Below are positions 8,389 through 18,497 of a DNA stretch of 64,000 nt, one piece after another. The stretch is from Eubacteriales bacterium (GTDB lineage Bacteria > Bacillota > Clostridia > Oscillospirales > UBA644). The stretch covers positions 5,061 through 69,060 of the forward strand of contig JAZPXN010000060.1 in assembly GCA_045543655.1 (NCBI GenBank), in the 5' to 3' direction. The translations under genes were made by a program, and so were the position numbers. The notes beneath the pieces are model-generated. The model worked only from the letters and a program-made list of their open reading frames with translations, ran no database searches and was not told the DNA's origin. Each line of letters starts with the position of its first letter. The first letter of the stretch is position 1.

Positions 8389-11379
8389 TTATTCGGTGCG
8401 CAGAGCCACCACGGGGTCCTTCTTGGCGGCGGAGCGGGAGGGAATAATGCCGGAGATGAGGGTGAGAAGCACGCTGATAGCCACCAAAATCACGGCGGCG
8501 GGAATGGGCAGGAAGGCCTGCAGATTGGCAATTCCGGTCAGGGCGAAGAGGATCAGATTGATGGGAATGCACAAAAGCCAGGTGACCCCCACGCCGATCA
8601 GCCCGGAGGCAAAGCCGATGATCATGGTCTCGGCATTGAACATACTGGAAACGTTCCGCTTCGAGGCACCGATGGCACGGAGAATGCCGATCTCCTTGGT
8701 GCGCTCCTGGACGGAAATCAGGGTAATAACGCCGATCATGATGGAAGAAACCACCAGAGAAATGGCCACGAAGGCGATGAGAACGTAGGTGATGGCGTTG
8801 ATGATGGTGGTGATAGAAGACATCATGATACCGATATAATCGGTATAACGGATTTTGGACAGCTCTTCCACCGATTCGTTGTAATCGGCAATAACCTCTT
8901 CGATGATATCCTTGTTTTCAAAGGTGGAGGCGAAGAGATTGACCGTAGCAGGATCGTCCAGATCCACGCTCCCCAGCTTCCGGAGGTTTGCTTCGTAGGA
9001 GGAATCGGAGAAGACCAGGATCTCCTCGTAGTAAACGGCGCATTGGGCGGCGGTGTAGCCGGGCAGGGCTGCATCAAAGGCGGCGGCCTGCATGGCGGGA
9101 TCCATAGCGGCCATTTGCTGCTGGACGGCGGCAGCGTACTGCATCTTCACCCCTTCTGCCACCATTTCCCGATAAAGCTCGGTCAGTTCCTCGTCCTGCA
9201 TGGCGGTGATATAGGTCTTCACGTCTTCCCCGTTCATGCCCATCTGCTGGGTCAGAGCCTGGAGAAGCGTCTGCTCCATAACCTCCCGGGTAACGCCGTT
9301 TACCGCCTGGTTGACGGCGTTTTCCAGATATTCCGTCGAGGGGATGGACATAATCTTCACGTAGGCCTCCGCCTTGCCCTGGGGGGACAGGGTGGCCACG
9401 TAATTGCGGAATTCGGTCTCTTTTTCTTCGTCGGTCAATTTTCCGGTGACTTCCTTAAAAGGAAGCCCGGTGAAGATATCGGTATGAGCATCGTCCTTCT
9501 GCGCCTTAATTGCGTCGGAATCGCCGGACTCGGTGATGACCTTTTCGGTCAGAGCCTTAGTGTAGCCGATCGAGCCGGAGATCATAGCGGAGGAAGCCCG
9601 CTCGCTGGGACGGATGATCCCGGAGACCTTCAGCTTCATAGCGTTATCGTACAGATAACGAAGCCCCGCATCGGTCTGGCGCAAATCGGTATAAAGGCCG
9701 GTATTTTCATCAAGAACGTAACACTCGGAATTGAGAATCACCCGGAACTCCATCTCACAAATCTCTTCGTAGGACCAGGAATTCTGCCGGATCTCCAGCT
9801 CTTCTCCGTCCTTGACCGCCTCAAACAGAGCGTTAATGGTGTCCTCGGACTCCAGCCCCAGAGCGTACAGAGTCAGGTCGTCCAGCTCGTTGTTCTCGTC
9901 CACCACAAGGACGATCTCGTCGGCCCCGTTAGGCCAGGAGCCGTAGATGACGTCGTACTGATTTTCCAGCACGGGACTGATCAGACTGCCGTCCTTCCCG
10001 GAAAGCATTTCCGTCCACAGATTCATCCCCCCGGCGGGCGACATGGAGGCCATGGGCATAGACGAGGAAGAGCCCATTCCCATCATGGGAGAAATTTCCG
10101 TGCCGAAATGCTCGGCCATAGCCTTGGAGAGCAATTCGCCGGTATCGGAATAAATGATATTCCCGTCCACGTTCTTGGTATAGACCAAAAGATCCAGGTC
10201 GTAGGTATACTGAACGCCGGACAACGCCTCCTGCAGACGGGAATCTTCCTTCGCCGCAAGATCGGATTCAATAAACTCCTTGAAGGATTTCAGATCGTTT
10301 TCGGTGGTCTCCAGATTATTCATGGCGTTGATCATCTTGAACAGCACCGACTGGGAATAGATCGCGTCCTTTTCGTGATCGTCCCCCGTTTCGCTGGCCA
10401 TGCCCATAAAGGTCTCCATCAGAGTGGTCATATCCACGTTGGTGGCCTGGATGGTCAGCGGATAAGAGGTAAGGGTATCTTCCTGAACGGCGTTGATAAA
10501 AGCAGTCATGCCCTGGGACACGGCGTAAATAAGGGCGATGCCGATAATGCCGATAGAGCCGGCAAAGGAGGTCAGCACCGTGCGGCCCTTTTTGGTCAGA
10601 AGGTTTTTCAAGGAAAGCGACAGCGCGGTAAAGAAGGACATGGAGGGCTTACGGGACTTCTTTTTCTTCTTTTCCACGGGGGCGGGGGCGGACTCTGTTG
10701 CCGTATAGGGCGCGGAATCGCCGACAATCTTCCCGTCCAGCAGGCGGACGATACGGGTGGCGTACTGCTCGGCCAGCTCCGGATTATGAGTGACCATGAT
10801 GACCAGCCGGTCGTTGGCAATCTCCTTCAGAAGATCCATAACCTGCAGGCTGGTTTCGGAATCGAGAGCACCGGTAGGCTCGTCCGCCAGCAAAATCTCC
10901 GGATCGTTGACCAGCGCACGGGCAATGGCTACCCGTTGCATCTGACCGCCGGACATCTGATTGGGGCGTTTTTTCAGCTGATCCCCAAGCCCGACCTTCG
11001 TCAGGGCCTCCACCGCTCTTCTGCGGCGCTCCTTTTTGCCCACGCCGGAAATGGTCAGAGCCAGCTCCACGTTGTTCAACACCGATTGGTGCGGAATGAG
11101 GTTATAGCTCTGAAACACGAAACCGATGGAATGGTTGCGGTAGGCGTCCCAATCGGCGTCTTTGTAGCGCTTGGTAGAAACTCCGTTGATAGACAGATCT
11201 CCGTCGGTGTACTGATCCAAACCGCCAATGATATTCAGAAGGGTTGTCTTGCCGCATCCGGAGGGTCCGAGAATGGCGACGAATTCATTCTTCCGGAATT
11301 CCACCGAAACGCCACGGAGAGCGGCAACGGTCTGTCCGCCGGCGGGATACTCTTTGACGACGTCGGTCAATTTTAACAT
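8389..11379 (-). CDS. MacB-like ABC transporter, fused ATP-binding and FtsX-type permease, with a very large extracytoplasmic domain
   Basis: N-terminal Walker [10 protein letters not shown], signature MSGGQMQRVAIARAL and Walker B LLADEPTGALD. Then one TM helix, about 560 aa of soluble domain, and a C-terminal FtsX-like 3-TM bundle. Confidence 0.8.
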   Translation of the reverse strand: MLKLTDVVKEYPAGGQTVAALRGVSVEFRKNEFVAILGPSGCGKTTLLNIIGGLDQYTDGDLSINGVSTKRYKDADWDAYRNHSIGFVFQSYNLIPHQSVLNNVELALTISGVGKKERRRRAVEALTKVGLGDQLKKRPNQMSGGQMQRVAIARALVNDPEILLADEPTGALDSETSLQVMDLLKEIANDRLVIMVTHNPELAEQYATRIVRLLDGKIVGDSAPYTATESAPAPVEKKKKKSRKPSMSFFTALSLSLKNLLTKKGRTVLTSFAGSIGIIGIALIYAVSQGMTAFINAVQEDTLTSYPLTIQATNVDMTTLMETFMGMASETGDDHEKDAIYSQSVLFKMINAMNNLETTENDLKSFKEFIESDLAAKEDSRLQEALSGVQYTYDLDLLVYTKNVDGNIIYSDTGELLSKAMAEHFGTEISPMMGMGSSSSMPMASMSPAGGMNLWTEMLSGKDGSLISPVLENQYDVIYGSWPNGADEIVLVVDENNELDDLTLYALGLESEDTINALFEAVKDGEELEIRQNSWSYEEICEMEFRVILNSECYVLDENTGLYTDLRQTDAGLRYLYDNAMKLKVSGIIRPSERASSAMISGSIGYTKALTEKVITESGDSDAIKAQKDDAHTDIFTGLPFKEVTGKLTDEEKETEFRNYVATLSPQGKAEAYVKIMSIPSTEYLENAVNQAVNGVTREVMEQTLLQALTQQMGMNGEDVKTYITAMQDEELTELYREMVAEGVKMQYAAAVQQQMAAMDPAMQAAAFDAALPGYTAAQCAVYYEEILVFSDSSYEANLRKLGSVDLDDPATVNLFASTFENKDIIEEVIADYNESVEELSKIRYTDYIGIMMSSITTIINAITYVLIAFVAISLVVSSIMIGVITLISVQERTKEIGILRAIGASKRNVSSMFNAETMIIGFASGLIGVGVTWLLCIPINLILFALTGIANLQAFLPIPAAVILVAISVLLTLISGIIPSRSAAKKDPVVALRTE

Positions 11380-11432
11380 GATATGCTTCCTCTCTTGTAC
11401 GAATACCTGATATACGCGTTTTTTACGCTCCT

Positions 11433-11461
11433 ATCATATCACACTTTTTCTGAAATTTCAA
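11433..11461 (-). promoter_or_regulatory. Sigma-A-type promoter of the MacB-like gene
   Basis: On the minus strand: TTGAAA, 17 nt, TATGAT with an extended TGa. Confidence 0.55.
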
Positions 11462-11564
11462 CGGGAATCCCGTCGATTTTTTCAATTAACACAAAAAATT
11501 AAATTTTTTGTTTCCCCTCTGCGGAAAACCGATTGAAAAATCCATATTCCGAAGCGTTTTCCCC

Positions 11565-11592
11565 TTGACATTTCGAAGAAATATGGTATAAT
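11565..11592 (+). promoter_or_regulatory. Sigma-A-type promoter of the GH123-like gene triplet
   Basis: TTGACA (11565-11570), 16 nt, TATAAT (11587-11592) with an extended TGg. Confidence 0.6.
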
Positions 11593-11628
11593 GAAAACAA
11601 TAAAATATATACGCAGGGGGTATTCACC

Positions 11629-13293
11629 ATGATCCGCGCAAAGATTATCTCTTCCCTTGAAAAGTGCTTTATCGACGAAAACGTCAGAAGCAAGCCCGCC
11701 CTGTCTTCCGCATCCATGCTGAAGAACGAACGCTATTCCTTCCAGATCTGCTACGACAACGGAATGGAACCGGTTCGGGGGGCCAGAGATTACGTACTGA
11801 AGATCGACTCTCCGCTGGAAAAATACGTCAGCGTGTACAACGTGAGACAGATCCCGTCCTATATGCCCTGTTTCCCGGAGCATATCGACGACAACTATCT
11901 GCGCACCACACCGGGGCTTTATCCCGACCTTCTGGAGCCCTTCCGCTACAAGAGTGACCGCTTCGGGCCGGATCGCACCCTGCGCTCCCTGTGGTTTGAG
12001 ATCGACCCCCAGGGGAACGCGGAGCCGGGCATCTATCCCCTTCGGATCCTGATCCGCAAAGCGGGCACCCGGAAGCCGGAGGTCGAGCTGACGCTGAAGC
12101 TGGAGATCATCAACGCCGAGCTTCCCAAGCAGGAAATGAAATACACCCAATGGTTCTACACCGATTGCCTGATGGATCAGTACGAGGTACGGGCGTGGAG
12201 CGAAAAGCATTGGAAAATTATTGAAAACTTCATGAAAAACGCCGTAAAATACGGCCAAAACATGATTCTGACCCCCATCGTCACCCCGGAGCTGGACACC
12301 CACGTCGGCGGGGAGCGGCCTACCACCCAGCTGGTGGACGTGGTAAAGACCTCCGACGGATACGAGTTCAACTTCGATAAGCTGGGCCGCTGGGTAGATC
12401 TTTGCGACAAGGTCGGCATCCAATGGCTGGAGATCTGCCATCTTTATTCCCAGTGGGGCGCCGTAGCCTGCCCGAAGGTCGTGGCGAAGGTGGACGGCAA
12501 GCTGAAGAAGATCTTCGGCTGGAACACCCCCTCCGACGGAGACGAATACAAGACCTTCCTTTCCGCCCTGCTCCCGCAGATGCTGGAATATCTGAAGACC
12601 AAAAAGAACGGCGCGGACAAGCGCTGCTGGTTCCATATTTCCGACGAGCCCAGCATGGATCATCTGGAGCAGTATAAGAAGCTCAGCGATTTCCTCAAGC
12701 CCATTCTGAAGGGGTATCCCATTATGGACGCGCTGTCCAACGTGGACTTCTACGATCAGGGACTGGTAGAGCATCCCGTGCCCTCCACCAATCATATCGA
12801 GCCCTTCCTGGAACGGAACATCCCCGATCTCTGGACTTATTATTGCTGCGGACAGTGCAAGCAGGTCTCCAATCGCTTCCTGTCCATGCCGAGCGCCCGC
12901 AACCGGATCATCGGGCTTCAGTTCTATAAGTACGATATTGCAGGCTTCCTGCAATGGGGCTACAATAACTACAACACCCGCCAGGCCTACGCAAAGGTCA
13001 ACCCCTATCTGTTCTCCGACGGAGACAACTGGGTGCAGTCCGGGGATCCCTTCTCGGTTTATCCCGGAAAGGGAGGTCAGCCCTGGCCCTCTCTGCGGCA
13101 GGTCGTCTTTGCGGAGGGACTTCAGGATATGCAGGCCCTGAAGTTGTGCGAAGAGCTGTACGGCAGAGAACGGGTGCTGGAGGAGCTGGAAAAAGGCATT
13201 GACCCCATTACCTTTAAGGTGTATCCCCACTCCGCCCAATGGCTTTTGCACCTGCGGCAGAGAATCAACGATATGATCAAAGCAAAAGTATAA
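11629..13293 (+). CDS. DUF4091 / GH123-like glycoside hydrolase, paralog 1 (no signal peptide)
   Basis: N-terminus SSLEKCFIDEN...SMLKNERYSFQICY, then LRTTPGLYPDLLEP, WFYTDC, and CWFHISDEP carrying an Asp-Glu pair. Confidence 0.65.
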   Translation: MIRAKIISSLEKCFIDENVRSKPALSSASMLKNERYSFQICYDNGMEPVRGARDYVLKIDSPLEKYVSVYNVRQIPSYMPCFPEHIDDNYLRTTPGLYPDLLEPFRYKSDRFGPDRTLRSLWFEIDPQGNAEPGIYPLRILIRKAGTRKPEVELTLKLEIINAELPKQEMKYTQWFYTDCLMDQYEVRAWSEKHWKIIENFMKNAVKYGQNMILTPIVTPELDTHVGGERPTTQLVDVVKTSDGYEFNFDKLGRWVDLCDKVGIQWLEICHLYSQWGAVACPKVVAKVDGKLKKIFGWNTPSDGDEYKTFLSALLPQMLEYLKTKKNGADKRCWFHISDEPSMDHLEQYKKLSDFLKPILKGYPIMDALSNVDFYDQGLVEHPVPSTNHIEPFLERNIPDLWTYYCCGQCKQVSNRFLSMPSARNRIIGLQFYKYDIAGFLQWGYNNYNTRQAYAKVNPYLFSDGDNWVQSGDPFSVYPGKGGQPWPSLRQVVFAEGLQDMQALKLCEELYGRERVLEELEKGIDPITFKVYPHSAQWLLHLRQRINDMIKAKV

Positions 13294-13308
13294 GCGAGGT
13301 ATCCGACG

Positions 13309-14979
13309 ATGATGCAAGCAAAACTTCTTTCTTCTCTGGAAAAATGCTTCCTGGACGAAAATATCCTGACCAAAAAGCCTCTTGGCCGGTCTTCCATGCT
13401 GAAAAACGAACGTTTTTCCTTCCAGGCCTGCTATCAGCGCAACGATAACATCGACGCTAAGGTGATCGTTCACCTGAAGATCGAATCCCCCCTGGAGGAC
13501 GTGATCCACGTCACCAAGGTGCAGCACATCCCCTCCTCCTTCCCGACCTACAACATCCGGGTGGACGATAACTATCTGCGCACCACGCCCGGCCTTTACC
13601 CCGACCTGCTCGAGCCCGTCCGGGGGAAGGACGACCGTCTGGTCACCGACAGAAGCCTGCGGAGCCTGTGGTTTGAGATCGTTCCCGACGGAAAAATCGC
13701 GCCCGGCGTCTATCCCATCAAGCTGACCTTCTTCCGCCCCGATCTGACCGAAAACAATATCGAGGCCGAGCTGGAGACCGAAATTGAGATCATTGATGCA
13801 GAACTGCCCAAGCAGGACCTGATCGTCACCCATTGGTTCTACACCGACTGTCTGATGCAGTATTACGGCGTGGAGGCCTGGAGCGAAAAGCATTGGGAGA
13901 TCATTGAAAACTTCATGATCTCTGCCCGGAGCTACGGCCAAAACATGATTCTGACTCCCCTCGTCTCCCCCGAGCTGGACACCTACGTGGGCGGATACCG
14001 TCCCGTCACCCAGCTTCTGGAGATCGAAAAGAAGGGCGACAAATACGAATTTGATTTCACCCGCCTGGGTCGCTGGATCGATCTGTGCGACAAGGTCGGC
14101 ATGGAATATTTCGAGATCTGCCACCTTTATTCCCAATGGGGCTGCAAGGCCTGCCCGCAGGTCTGGGTCACGGAGGACGGCGAATACAAGCGGGTCTTCG
14201 GCTGGGATACGGAGGCCGCCGGCGACGATTATAAGAATTTCCTCTCTCAGATGATCCCCGCCTTCCTGAAATATATGAAGGAGGACCGGAAGGGCGCCGA
14301 CAAGCGCTGCTGGTTCCATCTGTCCGATGAGCCCAACGAAAAGCATCTGGAGCAGTACAAGACTCTGAGCGCCTTCCTCAAGCCCCTCATCGAGGGCTAT
14401 CCCATGATGGACGCCCTTTCCAAATACGAATTCTACGAGCAGGGTCTGGTGGATCATCCCATCCCGGGGACCAACCATATCGAGCCCTTCCTGGAGCACA
14501 ACGTGCCCGAGCTTTGGACCTACTATTGCTGCAGCCAGGCGGTAGACGTTTCCAACCGGTTCTTCTCCATGCCCAGCGCCCGGAACCGTATCCTGGGGCT
14601 TCAGCTGTATAAGTACAATATCTACGGCTTCCTGCAATGGGGCTTCAACTTCTACAACAATCAGTATTCCTACGGCACCATCAACCCCTTCTACTGCTCC
14701 GACGGGGAGGATTTCGTGCCCTCCGGCGACGCCTATATCGTCTACCCCGGCACCGACGGCAAGGCCTGGTCTTCCCTGCGCCAGCTGGTCTTCAACGAGG
14801 GGCTGCAGGATATGCGGGCCATGAAGCTGCTGGAGGAACTGTACGGCCGGGGAAAGGCCATGGAGGTTCTGGAAGCAGGCATCGAGCCCATCACCTTCAA
14901 GAAATATCCCAAGGATGACGAATACATCCTTTCCCTGCGCCGCCGAATCAACGATATGATCAAGGCGAAGGTTCAGTAA
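13309..14979 (+). CDS. DUF4091 / GH123-like glycoside hydrolase, paralog 2
   Basis: Collinear with paralog 1 (SSLEKCFLDEN, LRTTPGLYPDLLEP, WFYTDC, CWFHLSDEP, FSMPSARNRI). Confidence 0.65.
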   Translation: MMQAKLLSSLEKCFLDENILTKKPLGRSSMLKNERFSFQACYQRNDNIDAKVIVHLKIESPLEDVIHVTKVQHIPSSFPTYNIRVDDNYLRTTPGLYPDLLEPVRGKDDRLVTDRSLRSLWFEIVPDGKIAPGVYPIKLTFFRPDLTENNIEAELETEIEIIDAELPKQDLIVTHWFYTDCLMQYYGVEAWSEKHWEIIENFMISARSYGQNMILTPLVSPELDTYVGGYRPVTQLLEIEKKGDKYEFDFTRLGRWIDLCDKVGMEYFEICHLYSQWGCKACPQVWVTEDGEYKRVFGWDTEAAGDDYKNFLSQMIPAFLKYMKEDRKGADKRCWFHLSDEPNEKHLEQYKTLSAFLKPLIEGYPMMDALSKYEFYEQGLVDHPIPGTNHIEPFLEHNVPELWTYYCCSQAVDVSNRFFSMPSARNRILGLQLYKYNIYGFLQWGFNFYNNQYSYGTINPFYCSDGEDFVPSGDAYIVYPGTDGKAWSSLRQLVFNEGLQDMRAMKLLEELYGRGKAMEVLEAGIEPITFKKYPKDDEYILSLRRRINDMIKAKVQ

Positions 14980-15052
14980 AATCAATGAAATCCGCCACCG
15001 CATTTCCCTCTTGTCACAAGGGGGAAATGCTCATATTACGAGGTGCTTTACC

Positions 15053-16723
15053 ATGCGTGTCAAACTTCTTTCCTCTCTGGAAAAGTGCTTTCTCGACGAA
15101 AGCATTTTCGACAAGGCCGACGCCCCCGAAGGCTGCTCCATGCTGAAAAACGAAAAATTCTCCTTTCAGATCTGCTACGACATGGAAGAAACCGTAATGA
15201 ATCACCAATGGGTGCAGATGAAGATCGTCTCCCCCCTGAAGGAGTATCTCCGCCTCTACCGGGTGCGGCAGATCCCCTCGTCTCTGCCCGTTTTCCGGGA
15301 CAAGACCGACGACTATTATCTCCGGAAAACCCCGGGGCTGTATCCCGATCTGCTGGAGCCCTACGAGGAAATGGGCCGGCTGACGGCGGACAACAATCTG
15401 AACGCAGTCTGGCTGGAATTCGATCCCCAAGGAAAGGCAGTGGCCGGCGTCTATCCCGTCAAGGCGATTTTTTATAAGAACGACACCGACGAGATTTTGG
15501 GAGAAGTCGAAACCGAAATCGAGATCATCGACGCGGAATTGCCAAAGCAGGAGTTGATCTATACCCAATGGTTTTATCCCGACTGCCTGGCCGATTATTA
15601 CGGCGTCACCGCCTTTGAAGAAGAGCATTGGCGGATCACGGAAAATTTCTTAAGAGCCGCCCGGGAATACGGGCAGAATATGATCCTGACCCCTCTGTTC
15701 ACCACCGTGCTGAACTCCGCAAAAGGGGAAATCTACCGCACCCGAAGTCAGCTCGTAGGGGTGGAAAAGAAGGGGAACGAATACTCCTTTGATTTTACCC
15801 AACTGGGGCGTTGGGTGGATCTGTGCGATAAGCTGGGCTTTGAATATTTTGAAATCGGCCACTTCTTTACCCAGGGCGGCGCCCAGTTCTCTCCCAAGGT
15901 CTACGCCACCGAAAACGGGCATCAGATCGAGCTGTTCGGCTGGAACACTCCCTCCGACGCGCCGGAATATTTTGCCTTCCTGGGGGCGTTGATCCCCGCC
16001 ACGATGACCTATCTGCGGGAAGAAAAGCAGGGCGCCGACGCCCGGTGCTGGTTCCATATTTCCGACGAGCCCCGGTCTCAGGATATCGAGCAGTATTGCA
16101 AGCTGAAGGATTTCATCAAGCCTCTCATCGGCGACCGTCCCATTTTCGACGCGCTGTACGATTACCGATTCTACGAGGCGGGCATCGTGGAGCATCCCGT
16201 GCCCTGCACCAATCACGTGAAAGCCTTCGTGGAGCATGACGTGCCCGATCTGTGGGTCTACAATTGCGGCTGGCAGACCAAAGATCACCTGACCAACCGA
16301 ATCTTCTCCATGCCCAGCGCCCGGAACCGGGTGCAGGGGGTGCAGATGTACAAATACGATCTGCAGGGATTTTTGCATTGGGGCTATAACTATTATAATT
16401 CCCAGGGCTCTTATCATCCCATCAACCCCTTTATCTGCTCCGACGGAGAAGGATGGGTGCCCTCCGGGGACACCTACACGGTCTACCCCGCTCCCGACGG
16501 CACGGCCTGGCCGTCCCTGCGGCAGATCGTCTTCAACGAAGGACTGCAGGATCTGCGGGCGCTGAAACTGCTGGAAAAATTCTACGGCAGAGAAAAAGCC
16601 GTGGAAGTGCTGGAGGCAGGCATCGATCCCATCACCTTTGAAGAATATCCCATCGGCGCCGGCTGGCTTCTGAATCTGCGCAAGCGCATCAACGAGCTGA
16701 TCAAAGAAAACGTAACGAAATAA
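15053..16723 (+). CDS. DUF4091 / GH123-like glycoside hydrolase, paralog 3
   Basis: Same collinear motifs (SSLEKCFLDES, KTPGLYPDLLEP, CWFHISDEP, FSMPSARNRV). I chose the start at the ATG 9 nt after GAGGTG. Confidence 0.65.
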   Translation: MRVKLLSSLEKCFLDESIFDKADAPEGCSMLKNEKFSFQICYDMEETVMNHQWVQMKIVSPLKEYLRLYRVRQIPSSLPVFRDKTDDYYLRKTPGLYPDLLEPYEEMGRLTADNNLNAVWLEFDPQGKAVAGVYPVKAIFYKNDTDEILGEVETEIEIIDAELPKQELIYTQWFYPDCLADYYGVTAFEEEHWRITENFLRAAREYGQNMILTPLFTTVLNSAKGEIYRTRSQLVGVEKKGNEYSFDFTQLGRWVDLCDKLGFEYFEIGHFFTQGGAQFSPKVYATENGHQIELFGWNTPSDAPEYFAFLGALIPATMTYLREEKQGADARCWFHISDEPRSQDIEQYCKLKDFIKPLIGDRPIFDALYDYRFYEAGIVEHPVPCTNHVKAFVEHDVPDLWVYNCGWQTKDHLTNRIFSMPSARNRVQGVQMYKYDLQGFLHWGYNYYNSQGSYHPINPFICSDGEGWVPSGDTYTVYPAPDGTAWPSLRQIVFNEGLQDLRALKLLEKFYGREKAVEVLEAGIDPITFEEYPIGAGWLLNLRKRINELIKENVTK

Positions 16724-16738
16724 CCGAAAATATCCCCC

Positions 16739-16767
16739 TTGACAGAATCGGAATTCTCTATTATAAT
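16739..16767 (+). promoter_or_regulatory. Sigma-A-type promoter of the CotH gene
   Basis: TTGACA (16739-16744), 17 nt, TATAAT (16762-16767). Confidence 0.6.
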
Positions 16768-16802
16768 ATATAGTATAGAGAGATTTCTGCAAGGGGGATT
16801 TT

Positions 16803-18497
16803 ATGTCCGGAAAAACAAGAACCGCACTTGTCGCCATCCTGCTTTCGATCGCACTCGCCGCAGTTGCCGCCGTGGGATTCGGCCTTTGGCGTTATTTTCA
16901 GCAAAAGAACGATCCCGCCAATCAAATCCGCTCTCCCCAGATCACCGGGGAGGTCACCTACGCCGGAGTGGAAAAAGGACGAACCGACGCGAATGCGCTG
17001 ATCGGAAGCCTTACCGCCAACGGAAATCCCATGATCTACGACGCCGGAAACGACGTATATTATCTTTCCATAGCCGACGAAGCCATCGGGAACGAAACGG
17101 GCGTCGCCTTTGCCGCCGAGAGCGCCGACGGATCGGCTGTGAATATGGTTTTCCGGGACACGGTGGATCAATATTCCTGGTTCCGTCCGGAGAATAACCG
17201 GGCGTATTTCCTGCGGGTCTATAACGAAACCGAATATCAGTCCGCCACCGTCGTCATTACCACCATGCCCTTCCTGTCCATCGAGACGAAAAACGGGGCG
17301 ACCATCGGCGACGGAGATACCGAATGCACCCTGACGCTTCTGGACGGGAACTGGGAAAAGCACGGCACCGCCGCCTATACCTCTTCCGCCGCTCATATCC
17401 ACGTGCGGGGAGCGTCCTCCCGTTCGTACCCGAAAAAGCCATACCGCATCAATCTGAAGACCGACGATTATGCAGAGCAGAACAAAGTATCTCTTCTGGG
17501 GCTACGGGTGGACGACGACTGGATTCTGGACGCCATGTACATCGACCCGACCCGGATGCATAACAACCTGGCCACGGAGATCTGGAACACCATGTCCAAG
17601 GGCCATTATCCCACCAACAATTCCCCGGCCTCCAAGGGGGAATACGTGGAAGTGATTCTGAACGGCGAATACGTGGGGCTGTACGATCTGCTGGAGCCAG
17701 TAGACCGCAAGCAGCTGGACGTGGATCCGGAAAAGGGACTGATCATCAAAACCAACGATTGGAACGGCACCTATTTCGAAAAAGTAGAGGGATACCCCTC
17801 TTCTGCCGTCTGGATGGGCTTTGAAGTGACCTATCCCAAGGAAAAAGTCACCACCGCCACCTGGGGGGACTTTTACGATCTGGTGGAAGCCACCTCCACC
17901 GCCCGGAAGGATCCGGAATATTTCGAGCAATGGGCCGAGAAATTCGACGTGGAGAACATCACCGACTACTGGCTGTGGCTGACGGTCTTCTCTCTGCGGG
18001 ACAACCGGGGCAAAAACCTCTATTGGTCCACGCTGAATACCGAAGACGAAAACGCAAAGTATTACATGACCCCCTGGGATTGCGACTTAGCCTTCGGCTA
18101 CCGGTTCGGAAAGAAGGAAACCACCCTTCTGGACGTTCAGCACCACAGAGACCACTATGAGAACGATTATATCGACGACTTCCGGTTGGTGACCGAATAT
18201 CTCCGTGCCGATCTGAACGGTTCCCGAAAAACGGTGCAAAACAAATGGAAGACCCTTTCCGCCGAGGGCGGCGTGCTGAACCTGGACTCGGTACTGCAAC
18301 GCATCCGGGAAACCCGGAAATATCTGGACGATACCGGTGCCTGGGCGAGGGAACTGGAGCGCTGGCCCGACAGCATGAATCCCGATCCCGACGAAGAATT
18401 CGAATATATGGAGCAATGGCTTGTGGGCCGCTATCAATGGATGGAGGGCCGCATCGAAGAAATGATGAACGGATTTGAATACGATGAAAAGAAATGA
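16803..18497 (+). CDS. CotH-family (atypical kinase) protein with an N-terminal membrane anchor
   Basis: TM helix TALVAILLSIALAAVAAVGFGLW, then CotH-like blocks: HVRGASSRSYPKKPYRINL, DDDWILDAMYIDPTRMHN, RDNRGKNLYWST, TPWDCDLAFG. Confidence 0.7.
   Translation: MSGKTRTALVAILLSIALAAVAAVGFGLWRYFQQKNDPANQIRSPQITGEVTYAGVEKGRTDANALIGSLTANGNPMIYDAGNDVYYLSIADEAIGNETGVAFAAESADGSAVNMVFRDTVDQYSWFRPENNRAYFLRVYNETEYQSATVVITTMPFLSIETKNGATIGDGDTECTLTLLDGNWEKHGTAAYTSSAAHIHVRGASSRSYPKKPYRINLKTDDYAEQNKVSLLGLRVDDDWILDAMYIDPTRMHNNLATEIWNTMSKGHYPTNNSPASKGEYVEVILNGEYVGLYDLLEPVDRKQLDVDPEKGLIIKTNDWNGTYFEKVEGYPSSAVWMGFEVTYPKEKVTTATWGDFYDLVEATSTARKDPEYFEQWAEKFDVENITDYWLWLTVFSLRDNRGKNLYWSTLNTEDENAKYYMTPWDCDLAFGYRFGKKETTLLDVQHHRDHYENDYIDDFRLVTEYLRADLNGSRKTVQNKWKTLSAEGGVLNLDSVLQRIRETRKYLDDTGAWARELERWPDSMNPDPDEEFEYMEQWLVGRYQWMEGRIEEMMNGFEYDEKK

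Noticed and set aside
9043-11376. A 777-aa plus-strand ORF opposite the MacB-like gene
   Set aside because: This is a shadow ORF. The minus-strand frame carries unambiguous Walker A, signature and Walker B motifs and FtsX motifs. The plus-strand product has no recognisable domains and a biased G/H/L/Q composition.
11482-15003. A 1173-aa minus-strand ORF spanning the first two GH123-like genes
   Set aside because: It lies antisense to two well-supported plus-strand genes that have RBSs, a shared promoter and conserved motifs. Its translation is low-complexity (rich in G/V/L/D/H/Q), which is typical of a stop-free shadow frame in high-GC coding DNA. It crosses intergenic gaps with no start context.
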